Origin: Actinomycetota bacterium | GTDB taxonomy: Bacteria > Actinomycetota > UBA4738 > CALAEC01 | Direction of reading: 5' to 3' | Assembly: GCA_046726855.1 (NCBI GenBank) | Contig: JBKPBL010000041.1 | Location: forward strand, 1 to 46,659 | Length of the DNA: 46,659 nucleotides | In this document: piece by piece, positions 19,150 through 28,378 of the stretch | How the letters are laid out: each line of letters begins with the position of its first letter | Numbering within the stretch: the first letter of the stretch is position 1 | Made by a program: the position numbers and the translations under genes | The notes under the pieces: generated by a model | Seen by the model: only the letters and a program-made list of their open reading frames with translations | Databases searched by the model: none | Told to the model about the DNA's origin: nothing

Positions 19150-19697
19150 CTTCCTCGGACCCGTTCAGGCACCTCCGCGATGATGCGGTCCAGCACCGTG
19201 CGGTACGCAGGGGACCGGATGTCCTCGGTCCACATGATCACCGCGTCCTCACCGGTCTCCTGGTAGTAGCCCTTCCGTACTCCCACAGGCCGGAACCCGA
19301 AGCGCGCGTACATACGCTGGGCCCCCCAGTTGGTAACTCGAACCTCCAGCGAGACGGCGTGGGCGCCCATCCGCTGGGCCTCGCCCACCAGGTCGTACAT
19401 GAGACGGGTGCCGATCTTCAACCGCTGGCGCTCGGGCTGAACGGCGATGGTGGTTACGTGAGCCTCCTCGCCGTAGGAGATCAGGCCCCCGTAGCCGACA
19501 ACGGTCCGCTCCTCCAGGGCCACCAGGTACGACCGGGTTCGCCCCGCGGTCATCTCGGAGACGAACAGGCTGGGGCTCCACGGCCGCGGGTACACCCGCC
19601 GCTCGATCGCCATGATCCCCCGCAAGTGGCGGCGCCGCATGCGGGTGATCTCGATGTCAGGCGACTCGGCCTGCTCTAGACCAATTGATCTCCGCAT
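19146..19697 (-). CDS. rimI: Ribosomal-protein-alanine N-acetyltransferase
   Basis: GNAT fold: IERRVYPRPWS, TIAVQPERQRLKIGTRL, LEVRVTN..A..MY..FGF. The start is ATG 19697 (41-nt overlap with tsaB) or ATG 19640. Confidence 0.85.
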   Translation of the reverse strand: MRRSIGLEQAESPDIEITRMRRRHLRGIMAIERRVYPRPWSPSLFVSEMTAGRTRSYLVALEERTVVGYGGLISYGEEAHVTTIAVQPERQRLKIGTRLMYDLVGEAQRMGAHAVSLEVRVTNWGAQRMYARFGFRPVGVRKGYYQETGEDAVIMWTEDIRSPAYRTVLDRIIAEVPERVRGR

Positions 19698-20361
19698 CCG
19701 ACTTCCTAACGTAAAGGGGGCGGATCTCCTCGTGGCGAGAAGTCTCCTCCCGGTGGAACCGGGGCAGGGCCAGCTCCAGCAGGGAGACGGCCAAGGGGAA
19801 GGCCGTTGATGGCGAGGCGAACTCGAGCCGAACGCCCGCCTCGGCGAGCTGGCGCCGGTACAGCAGCGCCCCGCTCCCGACCAGGAGGATCTCCTCCGGG
19901 GACGCCTCCAGCTCGGCCGCCAGCCGGTCGGGGCTGCCGACGAGGTAGTCAGACTCACGGGCAACGCCGCCCGGGACCGTGCGGTAAAAGGCATAGAACA
20001 CCTCGCCTCGTTTCCCGTCGCTCACTGCGCCGATCGGCCACCGCGAGTACCGCACCGAGAACGCCAGGACGTCCAGGGAGCCTATGCCCACGACCGGCAC
20101 TCCGAGAACCTGGGCCAGAGCCCGGGCTGTCGACACCCCCACTCTCAGCCCGGTGAACAGGCCTGGGCCCAGGCCCACCGCCACCCCACCCAGCTGGTCG
20201 AGACGAACCTCCGTCTGCTCCATGAGGTGGTGGATGGTGGGGACCACCACCTCGGAGTGGCCCTTGCCCCACGACAGTAGCTGTGAGGCCAGGATGCCCT
20301 GCTCGCTGCCGAGGGCCACCGTGGTCTGGGGAGTGGACGTCTCGATCGCCAGGACCAGCAC
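19657..20361 (-). CDS. tsaB: tRNA threonylcarbamoyladenosine biosynthesis protein TsaB
   Basis: (M)LVLAIETSTPQTTVAL..., GLGPGLFTGLRVGVSTA. The GTG start abuts the tsaE stop. Confidence 0.9.
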   Translation of the reverse strand: MLVLAIETSTPQTTVALGSEQGILASQLLSWGKGHSEVVVPTIHHLMEQTEVRLDQLGGVAVGLGPGLFTGLRVGVSTARALAQVLGVPVVGIGSLDVLAFSVRYSRWPIGAVSDGKRGEVFYAFYRTVPGGVARESDYLVGSPDRLAAELEASPEEILLVGSGALLYRRQLAEAGVRLEFASPSTAFPLAVSLLELALPRFHREETSRHEEIRPLYVRKSDAEINWSRAGRVA

Positions 20362-20853
20362 CTACGCTGCCCTCCACCGGCCCAGGAGGCCCTCCAGCCG
20401 CTCCCACCGGCCGGCCCACCGGGCCCCTCGGCCGGTGAAGGCGATGCTCCGGGCGTCGTCGCTATCGATGGTCAGCCGAACCTCCAGGTACGAGTCGGGC
20501 AGCAACGTGTCGATGGCGTCGCCCCACTCCACGAACACGACCCCGGCCGGGTCCAGGAGGTCCTCGAAACCCAGGTCCAGCACCTCCTGGAGCCGGTCCA
20601 GCCGGTACACGTCGACGTGGTAGACGGGCACCTGGCCACGGTACTCCCGCACCAGCACGAAGGTGGGCGAGACCACCGGTTCCTCAACCCCCAGGCCTCT
20701 ACCGGCGCCCTGGACGAACGTGGTCTTTCCCGCGCCTAGGTCACCGGTGAGGCTTACGACGTCCCCGGGCACAAGCAGCTCGGCCACCGCAGCCCCCACG
20801 GCGCGAGTCTCCTCGGGGACGCGGCCGGTCACCTCGAACGAGGCGGAGGTCAC
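20362..20853 (-). CDS. tsaE: tRNA threonylcarbamoyladenosine biosynthesis ATPase TsaE
   Basis: GDLGAGKTTFVQG P-loop, SPTFVLVREY, HVDVYRL. In-frame GTG chosen at 20853. Confidence 0.9.
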   Translation of the reverse strand: MTSASFEVTGRVPEETRAVGAAVAELLVPGDVVSLTGDLGAGKTTFVQGAGRGLGVEEPVVSPTFVLVREYRGQVPVYHVDVYRLDRLQEVLDLGFEDLLDPAGVVFVEWGDAIDTLLPDSYLEVRLTIDSDDARSIAFTGRGARWAGRWERLEGLLGRWRAA

Positions 20854-20878
20854 GGCGCTTCCCGGCCGACCCGGGCCA

Positions 20879-21490
20879 TCAGAACAGGCCCATCTGCTCC
20901 TCGGCCAGCGCGGCGCCGGTCGCTTCGGCCTCGGCCAGGGCCTCGCTGATCGTGGCGAAGTCCGCACGGATCCCGGCCATGGTTCGGGACTGGTCGCCGC
21001 CGCCCCGGAGCACCGCCGCGGGGTGGTACGTGGGGATCACGATGCGGCCGTTCCAGGGGTGGCGCTGGCCCCGGACCCTGGAGATGGCCACGGGCCGGTC
21101 CAGGATCACCCTGGTGGCGAAGTTCCCCAGCGTGCAGACCACCTTGGGATCCACGAGCTCGATCTGCTGCATGAGGTACGGTTTGCACGACTCGATCTCG
21201 TCCGGCAGAGGGTCTCGGTTCCCCGGAGGCCTGCACAGGACCACGTTCGTGATCCGGACGTCCTGGCGGCGAAGGCCGATCTCGCCCAGAAGCCTGTTGA
21301 GGAGCTGTCCTGCCGCGCCCACGAACGGCAGGCCCTGGATGTCCTCGTGATAGCCGGGGCCCTCGCCGATGAACATGAGCTCGGCGTCGGGGCTACCATC
21401 GGCGAACACCACCTGGGTTCGCCCGGCCGAAAGGCGGCACTTGGTGCAGGTCGACGCGATCCGTGCGAGTTCCTCCAGCTGCTTGCTCAC
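20879..21490 (-). CDS. Family 4 uracil-DNA glycosylase (Fe-S type)
   Basis: CTKCRL, MFIGEGPGYHED, PFVGAAG, HPAAVLR motifs. The GTG start overlaps the upstream TGA (GTGA). Confidence 0.88.
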   Translation of the reverse strand: MSKQLEELARIASTCTKCRLSAGRTQVVFADGSPDAELMFIGEGPGYHEDIQGLPFVGAAGQLLNRLLGEIGLRRQDVRITNVVLCRPPGNRDPLPDEIESCKPYLMQQIELVDPKVVCTLGNFATRVILDRPVAISRVRGQRHPWNGRIVIPTYHPAAVLRGGGDQSRTMAGIRADFATISEALAEAEATGAALAEEQMGLF

Positions 21491-22353
21491 GAGGCGCCCT
21501 CCCCAGATGGATTCCTGACCGCCCTCCGGACCGCTTCGGCCAGGACCTCCTCAGCCAGTCGCTCCAGAAGGGGCTGCGGCGCCCTGGTCCCGCCGGTGGC
21601 CAGCGAGAAGACGGTGTCCCCGTCCCACATTGTATGCGCCGGCTTCACCGCGCTGGTAACACCGTCGTGGGCTGCCGAGGCCAGCCGGAAGGCCCTCTCC
21701 TTGCCCAGTCCGGCGTCGGTGGCCACCACGCCCAGGACGGTGCTCGCTGCGGTCCGGGGCGTGTGTCCCTCAGGCGGAATCCGCCCGGCGATCGGGGCGC
21801 CGTCCCTATCCACCACAGCCCCGAACGCATTGGCCACCGCCAGAGCCCCCACCGTGGCTCCGCCTTCGGAGGCTGCGGCGCTCCCCACCCCACCGGGGGC
21901 ATGGTCCATGCCCACCGTGGCGCCCGTCCCGGCCCCGATCCGGCCCTCGGTGACCGGTCCGTCCGAGGCCGCCAGGCACGCCGCGTACCCCTGCTCGGGC
22001 CCGGGCCTGGCAGCCGGGTCACCCACGCCGAGGTCGAACAGCACCGCAGCGGGAACGATGGGCACCCGTGCCACGCCGGCGTCCAGCCCCACGTTCCGCT
22101 CATCGAGCCATCGCATCACCCCGTCCGCTGCGGCCAGCCCGAATGCGCTCCCGCCGGTCAGCAGCACGGCGTGGACCTCCCGGACCAGCCGGCCCGGCGC
22201 GAGAAGGTCCGTCTCCCGGGTCCCCGGAGCCCCGCCTCGTACCTCCCCGGAGCCGACCGTTCCCGGCGGGCAAAGCACAACCGTGCAGCCCGTCATTCCC
22301 ACCTGGTCGGACCAGTGGCCGACCCGGATCCCTGGGATCCGGGTGATACTCAC
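21487..22353 (-). CDS. DmpA/P1 (former S58) family aminopeptidase-like protein
   Basis: ITRIPGIRVGHWSDQVGMTGCTVVLCP, AVLLTGGSAFGL, GAGTGATVG. The GTG start at 22353 overlaps the hydrolase TGA (GTGA). Confidence 0.8.
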   Translation of the reverse strand: MSITRIPGIRVGHWSDQVGMTGCTVVLCPPGTVGSGEVRGGAPGTRETDLLAPGRLVREVHAVLLTGGSAFGLAAADGVMRWLDERNVGLDAGVARVPIVPAAVLFDLGVGDPAARPGPEQGYAACLAASDGPVTEGRIGAGTGATVGMDHAPGGVGSAAASEGGATVGALAVANAFGAVVDRDGAPIAGRIPPEGHTPRTAASTVLGVVATDAGLGKERAFRLASAAHDGVTSAVKPAHTMWDGDTVFSLATGGTRAPQPLLERLAEEVLAEAVRRAVRNPSGEGAS

Positions 22354-23456
22354 CGGGACGAGGCCGCCTGCCGGTGGTCGTGGGGCCGGCGCCCTGGCGA
22401 CGGGATCGAGAGCATCCGCTCGAGGTAGCCGGCGACCACCTCGTTCCATACCCGATGCCTCTCCATCATCGAGACGTGACCCGCGCCGGATATGACCACG
22501 GCCCGGGCGTCGGGCAGCGCCGCCCGGAGGGCCAGGGTGGTGGTCTTTGGGGTGACGAGATCCCGGTCCCCCACGATCACCAGCGTCGGCACGGTCACGT
22601 GCTCGAGCGCGTGGCGGAGGTCCATCTCCACCAGGTCCCGGAGGGTGTGGATCCACACCTCGGGATGGGCGCTCGCGGCGATCCGGCTGACGTGCTCGAC
22701 CTGCGACGGAGATGCCCCCGGCCCGAAGTTTGTCACCCATCCGACCAGGAAGGTGAGATCGATCCCGTACCTCCTGATCACGCCCTGAACCCGCTCCGCC
22801 AGTTCCGGCCGGGCCGTGTACCGATCCCCGACTCGCCGGAGGGCCCAGCCGACACGGGCTCCGAGGCCGCCGAACACCTCGCGGAGGAGGTCAGAGGCCG
22901 CCGTGTCGCTGAGGACCACTCCGACCACGCGGCCGCCGAACTCCTCGGGGAACTGGAGGGCGAACGACAGGATGGCCATGCCGCCCATGCTGTGGCCGAC
23001 GAGGATCGCTGGCCCCTCCCGGACGGCCGCATCGAGCACAGCCTTGATGTCCTTGCCCATGGCCACCAGCGAGTAGTCGCCCGAGGCCGGCTTGGAGGAT
23101 CGTCCGTGGGCCCGCTGGTCGACCAGCACGCAACGGTATCGATCCGAGAGCTCTCGCCACTGGTAGTACCAGGTGGTCATGTCCAGGCTGAACCCGTGAA
23201 GGAAGACCAGGGCCGGCGCCTCCCGTGGCCCGGCGGCCCGGACGTGGAGGGCCGTCCCGTCGAAGGCCGTAACCGGACCGAGAACCTCGGGCGGGAGGGA
23301 CCCCAGGGCCTGGCCCGACTCCGGGTCGTCCCGAGCTCGGAGCCGCCGGGCGGCGACCCGCTGGGCGGCCACCGCCGCGGTGGCCGCCGCCGCGGTCACT
23401 CCGAGCCCGATGGCAACCTTGCGCAGCCGCCTCGCCGTCCCGCCTACCTCAGCCAC
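22350..23456 (-). CDS. Alpha/beta-fold hydrolase with N-terminal membrane anchor
   Basis: LVFLHGF, GHSMGG nucleophile elbow, late GAGH. The GTG start at 23456 lies inside the alr 3' end (8-nt overlap). Confidence 0.8.
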   Translation of the reverse strand: MAEVGGTARRLRKVAIGLGVTAAAATAAVAAQRVAARRLRARDDPESGQALGSLPPEVLGPVTAFDGTALHVRAAGPREAPALVFLHGFSLDMTTWYYQWRELSDRYRCVLVDQRAHGRSSKPASGDYSLVAMGKDIKAVLDAAVREGPAILVGHSMGGMAILSFALQFPEEFGGRVVGVVLSDTAASDLLREVFGGLGARVGWALRRVGDRYTARPELAERVQGVIRRYGIDLTFLVGWVTNFGPGASPSQVEHVSRIAASAHPEVWIHTLRDLVEMDLRHALEHVTVPTLVIVGDRDLVTPKTTTLALRAALPDARAVVISGAGHVSMMERHRVWNEVVAGYLERMLSIPSPGRRPHDHRQAASSR

Positions 23457-24558
23457 GGTACTCGCGAGGGACCCGGGGGCCGACCGCGCACACCACCTCG
23501 TACCCGATCGTGCCGATCCAGCGAGCCACCTCCTCGGCCCGGATCTCCCCGCCGTCCTGACGTCCGAACAGCACGACCTCGTCTCCGACCTGCACGGGCT
23601 GGTCGCCGCAGTCGACCATGAGCTGGTCCATGGTCACGGTCCCGGCGACGGGGTGGCGCCTGCCCCGGATCAGGACCTGGCCCCGGTTGGTGAGGAGCCG
23701 AAAGTATCCATCCGCGTACCCAACCGGGACCGTCGCCACCGTGGCATCGCGCTCCAGCCGGTAGCGGTGCCCATACGAAACGGCCTCGCCCCGGTCCAGC
23801 CGGCGGAGGTGGGTCACCCGGGATCTGAGGGACATGGCCGGACGGAGCTCGACCCGGCCGTCGAGCTGGGGCCCGGGCGAGACGCCGTACATGGCGATGC
23901 CCACCCGGACCAGGTCCAGGTGGGTCTCCGGCCATCCGATCGTGGCCCCGGAGTTGGCCACGTGGCGGTACCGGGGCCTGACTCCGATCCCCTGCAGATC
24001 CTCCAGCGCGGCCCGGAACGACGCGAGCTGCCCGGGGGTGGTGGGCGAGTCCAGCTCCTCCGAACGAGCGAGGTGGGTCCACACCCCTTCGATCTCAAGG
24101 CCGCGCTCCAGTGCCGCCGACGCAAGGCCCCGGGCGCCCTCGGGTGGGACACCCACGCGGTGCATCCCGGTGTCCACCTTCAGGTGCACTCTCCCCGGAC
24201 GGCCCACCACCTCGGTCGCCTCGGCCAGGGCCACCAGCCCGTCGTCGGTGTAAACCGAGGGCGTCAACCCTGCGGTAAGAGCGTCCTTGTGCGAGCCGGG
24301 CGGAAACTCAGTGAGGACCAGGATGGGAGCCTTGACGCCGGCATCCCGAAGCCTGATCCCTTCCTCCACCAGCGCGACCGCGAGCCATCTGGCCCCTGCA
24401 TCGAGCGCGGCCCGGGCCACCTCGACATCCCCGTGCCCGTAACCGTTGGCCTTGACCACGGCCATCAGCTCCGAGGCGGTGGGCTTGAGGGCACGGACGT
24501 TGTGACGGATGGCCTCCAGGTCCACCCGGGCCACGGTGGGCCGGTATCGCGCGGTCAC
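23449..24558 (-). CDS. alr: Alanine racemase
   Basis: AVVKANGYGHG (PLP Lys), VSYGHRY, GYADGY. The GTG start overlaps the nnr TGA (GTGA). Confidence 0.93.
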   Translation of the reverse strand: MTARYRPTVARVDLEAIRHNVRALKPTASELMAVVKANGYGHGDVEVARAALDAGARWLAVALVEEGIRLRDAGVKAPILVLTEFPPGSHKDALTAGLTPSVYTDDGLVALAEATEVVGRPGRVHLKVDTGMHRVGVPPEGARGLASAALERGLEIEGVWTHLARSEELDSPTTPGQLASFRAALEDLQGIGVRPRYRHVANSGATIGWPETHLDLVRVGIAMYGVSPGPQLDGRVELRPAMSLRSRVTHLRRLDRGEAVSYGHRYRLERDATVATVPVGYADGYFRLLTNRGQVLIRGRRHPVAGTVTMDQLMVDCGDQPVQVGDEVVLFGRQDGGEIRAEEVARWIGTIGYEVVCAVGPRVPREYRG

Positions 24559-26081
24559 CCACCCTCCCGGATCCGCCGGACGGCCTGGGGCAGGGCCCGG
24601 GCCACGTCGGGGGCGGTGGTCCCCTCCCCGGACTCCGCGCCGGCGATCGTGCCGGCCATCCCGTGGACGTACGCCGCGGCGGTGGCCGCCTGCAGCGGTG
24701 GAAGCCCCCGGGCCAGAAGGGCGGCGACTGCTCCGGCAAGCACGTCCCCGGTCCCTCCGGTGGCAAGCACCGGCGTTCCGGTCGGGTTGATCCGGACCTC
24801 GCCTTCGGGCGAGGCGATCACCGTCCGCGATCCCTTGAGCGCCACCACCGCCCGCGTCTCCGCGGCGGCCTTCCTGGTGAACCCTAGGCGGTCCTCCAGC
24901 ACATCTGAGGAAGGCATCCCGAATAGACGTCCGAACTCGCCGGCGTGAGGTGTGATCACCGCGCCGGAGACCCGCCGGGCCAGATCCTCCGATCGGCCGG
25001 CGAACGCGTTGATGGCGTCGGCGTCGATGACGACGGGGATCGGGGATCCGGCCACGAGACGGCGAGCGAAAGCTGGGGTCTCCCCGTCCGTGGAGAGGCC
25101 GGGGCCGACGGCCACCGCGTCGAAGTCCTCGAGGTGGCTAACGAGGTCGTCCCAGGCGCGTTCGGCCACCGAGCCGCCCGGACCCTCGGCCAGGGGCAGG
25201 AAGGTCGCCTCGGCCATACCGGTCTGCACGATCGGCAGGACCGTCTCGGGAACGGCGACCGTGACCAGCCCGGCCCCCGATCGATACGCTCCCCGGGCCA
25301 CCAGCAGAGGTGCGCCCGTCATCCGCCTGGAGCCGGCGATCACGAGGACCACTCCGGTGGCTCGCTTGTGGGTCTCCGGTGGGCGGGCGGCCAGGAGAGC
25401 GGCCACGTCCGATGCCTCGGTGAGCTGGACGTCCCCTCGAAGGAGGTCCCGGGGGAACCCGATGTCGGCGACCTGGAGAACGCCGGTGTGGGCGGCCCCA
25501 GGGAACAGCTCGTCACCGACCTTGGGGGCGCCGAACGTCACGGTGGCGTCGGCGGTCACGGCGGGCCCCCGCACGGCGCCGCTGTCGCCCTCGACGCCCG
25601 AGGGGATGTCCGCGGCCACTATGGGGAGGCCCGACTCGTTCAGGATCTCGATGGCCTTGGCGTGCTCAGCCTCCGCCGTGCCCCGGAACCCCGTGCCGAA
25701 GATGGCGTCCACGGCCACGTCGGCGCGGTCCAGCTCGCGCCGGAGGGTCGCCTCGGAGAAGGGACGGCGGCGCTCCGCGCCGAGCCTGTCGAGGTTCGTC
25801 GAGGCCGCCCCGCGGAGCTCCGAGGGCTCGGCCAGGAGGATCACGGTCACCCGAACCCCCCAACGCGAGAGGAGGCGGGCGGCCACCAGGCCGTCCCCGC
25901 CGTTGTTCCCCTTCCCCGCAACGACCACGGCTCGCCGCCCGTACGAGCCCCCGGCCAACACCGCCGCGGCCCGGGCCACCGAGAGCCCGGCCCGTTCCAT
26001 CAACGTCTCGATGGAGGTCCCGCGGGCCTCGGTCTCCCGGTCGAGCGTCCGTGTCTCGGCGGCGGTCAGGACGGGCTGCAC
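24555..26081 (-). CDS. nnr: Bifunctional NAD(P)H-hydrate repair enzyme (epimerase + ADP-dependent dehydratase)
   Basis: N-terminal YjeF_N (AGKGNNGGDG) and C-terminal carbohydrate-kinase-like domain (LATGGTGDVLAG). Confidence 0.9.
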   Translation of the reverse strand: MQPVLTAAETRTLDRETEARGTSIETLMERAGLSVARAAAVLAGGSYGRRAVVVAGKGNNGGDGLVAARLLSRWGVRVTVILLAEPSELRGAASTNLDRLGAERRRPFSEATLRRELDRADVAVDAIFGTGFRGTAEAEHAKAIEILNESGLPIVAADIPSGVEGDSGAVRGPAVTADATVTFGAPKVGDELFPGAAHTGVLQVADIGFPRDLLRGDVQLTEASDVAALLAARPPETHKRATGVVLVIAGSRRMTGAPLLVARGAYRSGAGLVTVAVPETVLPIVQTGMAEATFLPLAEGPGGSVAERAWDDLVSHLEDFDAVAVGPGLSTDGETPAFARRLVAGSPIPVVIDADAINAFAGRSEDLARRVSGAVITPHAGEFGRLFGMPSSDVLEDRLGFTRKAAAETRAVVALKGSRTVIASPEGEVRINPTGTPVLATGGTGDVLAGAVAALLARGLPPLQAATAAAYVHGMAGTIAGAESGEGTTAPDVARALPQAVRRIREGG

Positions 26082-26086
26082 CGTGC

Positions 26087-26461
26087 TCAGGGTGACACGG
26101 CCACGCAGAACGCGGTGGCCACGGATCGTTCGTGCGAGAACGACACCAGGACCTCACTGACCCCCAGGCGATCGGCCCGGGCCTTGGCTGACCCGGTCAG
26201 CGCGATACGCGGCGCGCCCGTGGAAGCTCGCTCCACGCTGATGTCCTGCCAGCGAAGCCCCCGAACCCCTCCCAGCGCCTTCCTGGCCGCCTCTCGAGCC
26301 GCCCACCTGGCCGCGTAGCTCTCCGCAGGAGAGGCCTTCCCGTCGCAGTACGCCATCTCAGCCGGGGTGAACACCCTCCGCCGGAACGACGGGCGTGTCC
26401 GAAGCAGCCGGAGGACCCTCTCTATCTCCACGACGTCGACACCGATGCCGACGATGCGCAT
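26087..26461 (-). CDS. acpS: Holo-[acyl-carrier-protein] synthase
   Basis: MRIVGIGVDVVEIERV...FTPAEMAYC...AARWAAREAARKALG...SFSHE. ATG at 26461. The track extension to 27481 is off-frame over glmS. Confidence 0.9.
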   Translation of the reverse strand: MRIVGIGVDVVEIERVLRLLRTRPSFRRRVFTPAEMAYCDGKASPAESYAARWAAREAARKALGGVRGLRWQDISVERASTGAPRIALTGSAKARADRLGVSEVLVSFSHERSVATAFCVAVSP

Positions 26462-26469
26462 CGCCGGCC

Positions 26470-28299
26470 CTACTCTACGGTGACGGACTTGGCGAGGTTG
26501 CGGGGCTGATCGACGTCGCAGCCGCGAAGCTTGGCGATCCGATACGCCAGCAGCTGGAGGGGAACCGAGACCACGACCGGGGCCAGCAGCTCGGGCGTCC
26601 GCGGCACCTCGACGACGTGGTCGGCGTACCGGCCGATCTCCCTGTCGCCCTCTGTGGCCACGGCGATGACCTCGGCCCCCCTGGCCTTGACCTCCTGGAT
26701 GTTCGACAGCACCTTCGGGTAGACGTGGCACTCGGTGGCCACGGCGACCACCGGGACACCCGGCTCGATCAGCGCTATCGGTCCATGCTTGAGCTCTCCA
26801 GCCGGGTAGCCCTCTGCGTGGATGTAGGAGATCTCCTTGAGCTTCAGCGCTCCCTCCAGCGCGGCGGGGTACCCGGTGTGCCGGCCGATGAACAGGACGG
26901 TGGGGGCTTCGTGGTATCGCTGGGCCAGGTCGCGGACCTGAGCGTCGAGCGCCAGGGCCCGGCGGATCTGACCCGGCAGCTCCAGGATGCAGTCCACCGT
27001 GTGCCCGATCTCCTCGGGGAACATCGTCTTGCGAACCTGCGCGAGGTACAGGGCCAGCAGATGAAGCGCCACCATCTGCGTGGCGAACGTCTTGGTGGCC
27101 GCCACGCCGACCTCCGGTCCCGCGTGGGTGTAGACGGCCGCATCGGCCTCCCTGGCCACCGAAGAGCCCACGGTGTTGGTGATGGCCACGACCCACGAGC
27201 GCTGTCCTTTGGCGTGGCGCACCGCTTCCAGCGTGTCGATGGTCTCTCCCGACTGGGAGACCGCGAGGGTCAGCGTGTTCCGGTTCAGCACGGGATCGCG
27301 GTAGCGGAACTCGCTGGCGATCTCGATCTCGACCGGGAGGCGGGTCCAGTGCTCGATGGCGTACTTGGCCACCAGGCCCGAGTGGAACGCCGTCCCGCAT
27401 GCCACAACGAACACCTTGTCCACGGCTCGGATGGCCTCCTCGCTCATCCGCAGCTCGTCGAGCCGGTGAACCCCGCCCCACACACGGCCCCGGATCGTGT
27501 CCCGGACCGCCGTGGGCTGCTCGTGGATCTCCTTGAGCATGAAGTCGTCGAAACCGGCCTTCTCCGCCCGGCGCAGGTCCTGGTCGACCTCCAGCGGCTC
27601 GACCTCGGCCTCGTTGCCGAGCAGGTCGGTGATCCGGACCCCGTTCCGTCGGATCTCGGCGATCTGGCCGTCGGCAAGGGGCACGATCCGCCGCGTCCTG
27701 GTCAGCAGGGCGGGAGCGTCGGAGGCCAGGAGGTTCTCGCCCTCGCCGAGGCCAACCACCATCGGTGAAGAGACCCGGACCCCGATGATCAGGTCAGGCT
27801 CGTCGGTGGCCAGGACGACCAGGGCGTAGGCTCCCTGCAGCTCGGGCACCACGGCGCGAACGGCCCCCGCCAGTTCCGGGCATTCCGGGAGCCGCTCCTC
27901 GATGAGGTGCGCCACGCACTCGGTGTCCGTGTCCGACGTGAAGACGTGCCCGTTGGCCTGAAGGCGGTCCTTCAGCTCGTGGAAGTTCTCGATGATCCCG
28001 TTGTGGATCACCGCGATCCGTCCCGAACAGTCGAGGTGCGGGTGGGCGTTCCGATCGGTGGGCTGGCCGTGGGTGGCCCACCGCGTGTGCCCCATGCCCA
28101 CGGAACCCTCAGGCGCTCCGTTCTCGGCCAGCTCCTTCTCCAGGACCTCGAGCTTTCCGGCCCGTTTGACCACCGTGAGATCCCCGTCGATCACGGCGAC
28201 GCCCGCGGAGTCGTAACCCCTGTACTCGAGCCGATGGAGGCCCTCCAGGATGATCGGGAGAGCTTCGTCGGGTCCGAGGTAACCGACGATCCCGCACAT
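26470..28299 (-). CDS. glmS: Glutamine--fructose-6-phosphate aminotransferase
   Basis: MCGIVGY (Cys-2 nucleophile fixes the start at 28299), two SIS domains, C-terminal ...NLAKSVTVE. Confidence 0.96.
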   Translation of the reverse strand: MCGIVGYLGPDEALPIILEGLHRLEYRGYDSAGVAVIDGDLTVVKRAGKLEVLEKELAENGAPEGSVGMGHTRWATHGQPTDRNAHPHLDCSGRIAVIHNGIIENFHELKDRLQANGHVFTSDTDTECVAHLIEERLPECPELAGAVRAVVPELQGAYALVVLATDEPDLIIGVRVSSPMVVGLGEGENLLASDAPALLTRTRRIVPLADGQIAEIRRNGVRITDLLGNEAEVEPLEVDQDLRRAEKAGFDDFMLKEIHEQPTAVRDTIRGRVWGGVHRLDELRMSEEAIRAVDKVFVVACGTAFHSGLVAKYAIEHWTRLPVEIEIASEFRYRDPVLNRNTLTLAVSQSGETIDTLEAVRHAKGQRSWVVAITNTVGSSVAREADAAVYTHAGPEVGVAATKTFATQMVALHLLALYLAQVRKTMFPEEIGHTVDCILELPGQIRRALALDAQVRDLAQRYHEAPTVLFIGRHTGYPAALEGALKLKEISYIHAEGYPAGELKHGPIALIEPGVPVVAVATECHVYPKVLSNIQEVKARGAEVIAVATEGDREIGRYADHVVEVPRTPELLAPVVVSVPLQLLAYRIAKLRGCDVDQPRNLAKSVTVE

Positions 28300-28378
28300 G
28301 AGGGCGCAATGGTACACCGGCGTAGGCCCGGGAACGCCCTCCCTGTTTCGTCGGGTCGGCGAGCCGCGTGCCGGAGGA

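Noticed and set aside
28300-28378. Possible glmS ribozyme upstream of glmS.
   Set aside because: Only 79 nt separate glmM from glmS, which is too short for the roughly 170-nt ribozyme, and I could not see its conserved core. A 7-bp pairing (GAGGGCG...CGCCCTC) next to the start codon was noted but is unsupported.
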